DNA from: an uncultured Gemmatimonadales bacterium | GTDB lineage: Bacteria; Gemmatimonadota; Gemmatimonadetes; Gemmatimonadales; GWC2-71-9 | Assembly (NCBI GenBank): GCA_963748815.1 | Contig: CAVVKJ010000008.1 | Span: forward strand, 32,001 to 96,000 | Direction: 5' to 3' | DNA length: 64,000 nucleotides | Program-made: the position numbers and the translations under genes | The notes under the pieces: generated by a model | Database searches by the model: none | What the model was told of the DNA's origin: nothing | Seen by the model: the letters and a program-made list of their open reading frames with translations, nothing else | Part shown: positions 62,819-64,000 of the stretch, one piece after another | Layout: every line of letters starts with the position of its first letter | Position numbering within the stretch: position 1 is the stretch's first letter

Positions 62819-63894
62819 CCCGTACCCCGACCCTCCTCCTCCTCGCCCTCTTCGCGGCGGCCTGTTCCAAGGGTGACCCCAACGCCGCCGGCCACGGCGG
62901 CCAGGGCGGCGGACCACCCGCCGCGCTCGTCGAGGTCGCCCTTGCCTACACCGACACCGTCGTGGACGCGATTGCCGCGACCGGCGAGATCGAGGCGGTC
63001 CAGTCCATCAATCTCCGCCCCGAAGTGGACGGCCGGATCGTCGGCATTCTTTTCCGGGAGGGCGACGAGGTGGCCGCCGGCACGCCGCTCTTCAAGGTGG
63101 ACGACGCGGAGCTCAAGGCGCAGGTGGCGCGGGCCGAGGCCGATCGCGACCTCGCCGCCCAGGCGCTGGCCCGCACCCGCCAGCTGATCACGGAGAAGGC
63201 GTCCTCGCAGGCCGACCTCGAACGCGCCGAAGCCACCGCGCGCAGCACCCAGGCGGCGCTCGACCTGCTGCAGCTCCGGCTGGAGCGCACCACCGTGCGC
63301 GCCCCGTTCGGCGGCGCCACCGGTCAGCGCATGGTGAGCCTGGGCGACTACGTCACCTCGTCGACCCAGCTGGTGTCGCTCCAGACGGTCAACCCGGAGC
63401 GCGCCGCGTTCCAGGTCCCTGAGCGCTATGCCGAACGGCTCCGCCGCGGCCAGGAAGTCACCTTCCGCGTGGCGGCGCTGCCCGGCCAGGAGTTCGTCGG
63501 CGTGGTCGACTTCGTGGACCCCGTCGTCCGGCTGCCGGGTCGGACCATCACGGTGAAGGCGCTGGTCCCCAATCCGAAGCGCACGCTGCAGGCGGGGATG
63601 TACGTCGACCTCCGGCTCGCCGCCGAGGTGCGCGCCAACGCCGTCGTGGTACCGGAGCAGTCCATCGTGCCGCTGCAGGGCGCCAACTTCGTGTACGTCG
63701 TGCAGGACGGCAAGGCGTCGCGGCGCCAGGTGGGCCTCGGTATCCGGGCCCCCGGGATCGCAGAGGTCCGCAGCGGTCTCGACGCGGGCGACACGGTGGT
63801 CATCGGCGGGGCGGAGCGACTCCAGGATGGAATGCCGGTGACGATCAAGCCGATGCCCGAGGTCGTGCCGCCCGCCCCGGGCGAGGGCTCCTGA
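62815..63894 (+). CDS. RND periplasmic adaptor
   Basis: AAC lipobox; EGDEV..G.PLF; VRAPFGG. Confidence 0.92.
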   Translation: MTRTPTLLLLALFAAACSKGDPNAAGHGGQGGGPPAALVEVALAYTDTVVDAIAATGEIEAVQSINLRPEVDGRIVGILFREGDEVAAGTPLFKVDDAELKAQVARAEADRDLAAQALARTRQLITEKASSQADLERAEATARSTQAALDLLQLRLERTTVRAPFGGATGQRMVSLGDYVTSSTQLVSLQTVNPERAAFQVPERYAERLRRGQEVTFRVAALPGQEFVGVVDFVDPVVRLPGRTITVKALVPNPKRTLQAGMYVDLRLAAEVRANAVVVPEQSIVPLQGANFVYVVQDGKASRRQVGLGIRAPGIAEVRSGLDAGDTVVIGGAERLQDGMPVTIKPMPEVVPPAPGEGS

Positions 63895-64000
63895 GCCAGG
63901 TCGAGCGGCGCACCTGCCGCGTCGTCACGACCCTGCTCCTGCTCCTCGGCGCCGCGGCCGGGACGGTCGCCGCCCAGGCGTCGGTCACCGGCCGCTGGCA

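Overview
High-GC bacterial DNA. Gene content is suggestive of Gemmatimonadota, but that is an inference only. Positions 1-19.3 kb hold a large integron: an integron integrase (18253-19281, minus strand) followed at its 3' end by a candidate attI and at least 23 minus-strand gene cassettes. The cassettes are delimited by 23 near-identical 128-129 bp attC sites, and the array runs off the left edge. Unlike canonical integrons, intI is co-oriented with and upstream of the array. Cargo is mostly orphan envelope proteins, plus two RelE/ParE toxin-antitoxin cassettes, an Mrr-like nuclease, a HEPN-like protein, a TIMP-like protein, a serine-less ACP-like protein and one duplicated cassette. The attC loops keep an invariant promoter-like ATACT-N6-GAGG motif, and many cassettes have their own 12-15 bp terminal inverted repeats. 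The rest is chromosomal backbone: REP-like repeats, a 3.2 kb tandem duplication (LVIVD + YncE-like genes), an anthranilate/salicylate-CoA catabolic cluster, TPP riboswitch-thiC, hslR, an ArsR/RND/TauE/persulfide dioxygenase cluster, nagB, TMEM175, a sigma54-type hsp20, paralogous lipoproteins sharing an upstream motif, a two-component system and a second RND system. Many single-base frameshifts between about 23.5 and 45.5 kb probably reflect sequencing or assembly errors. All family assignments come from motif recognition by eye; no searches were run.
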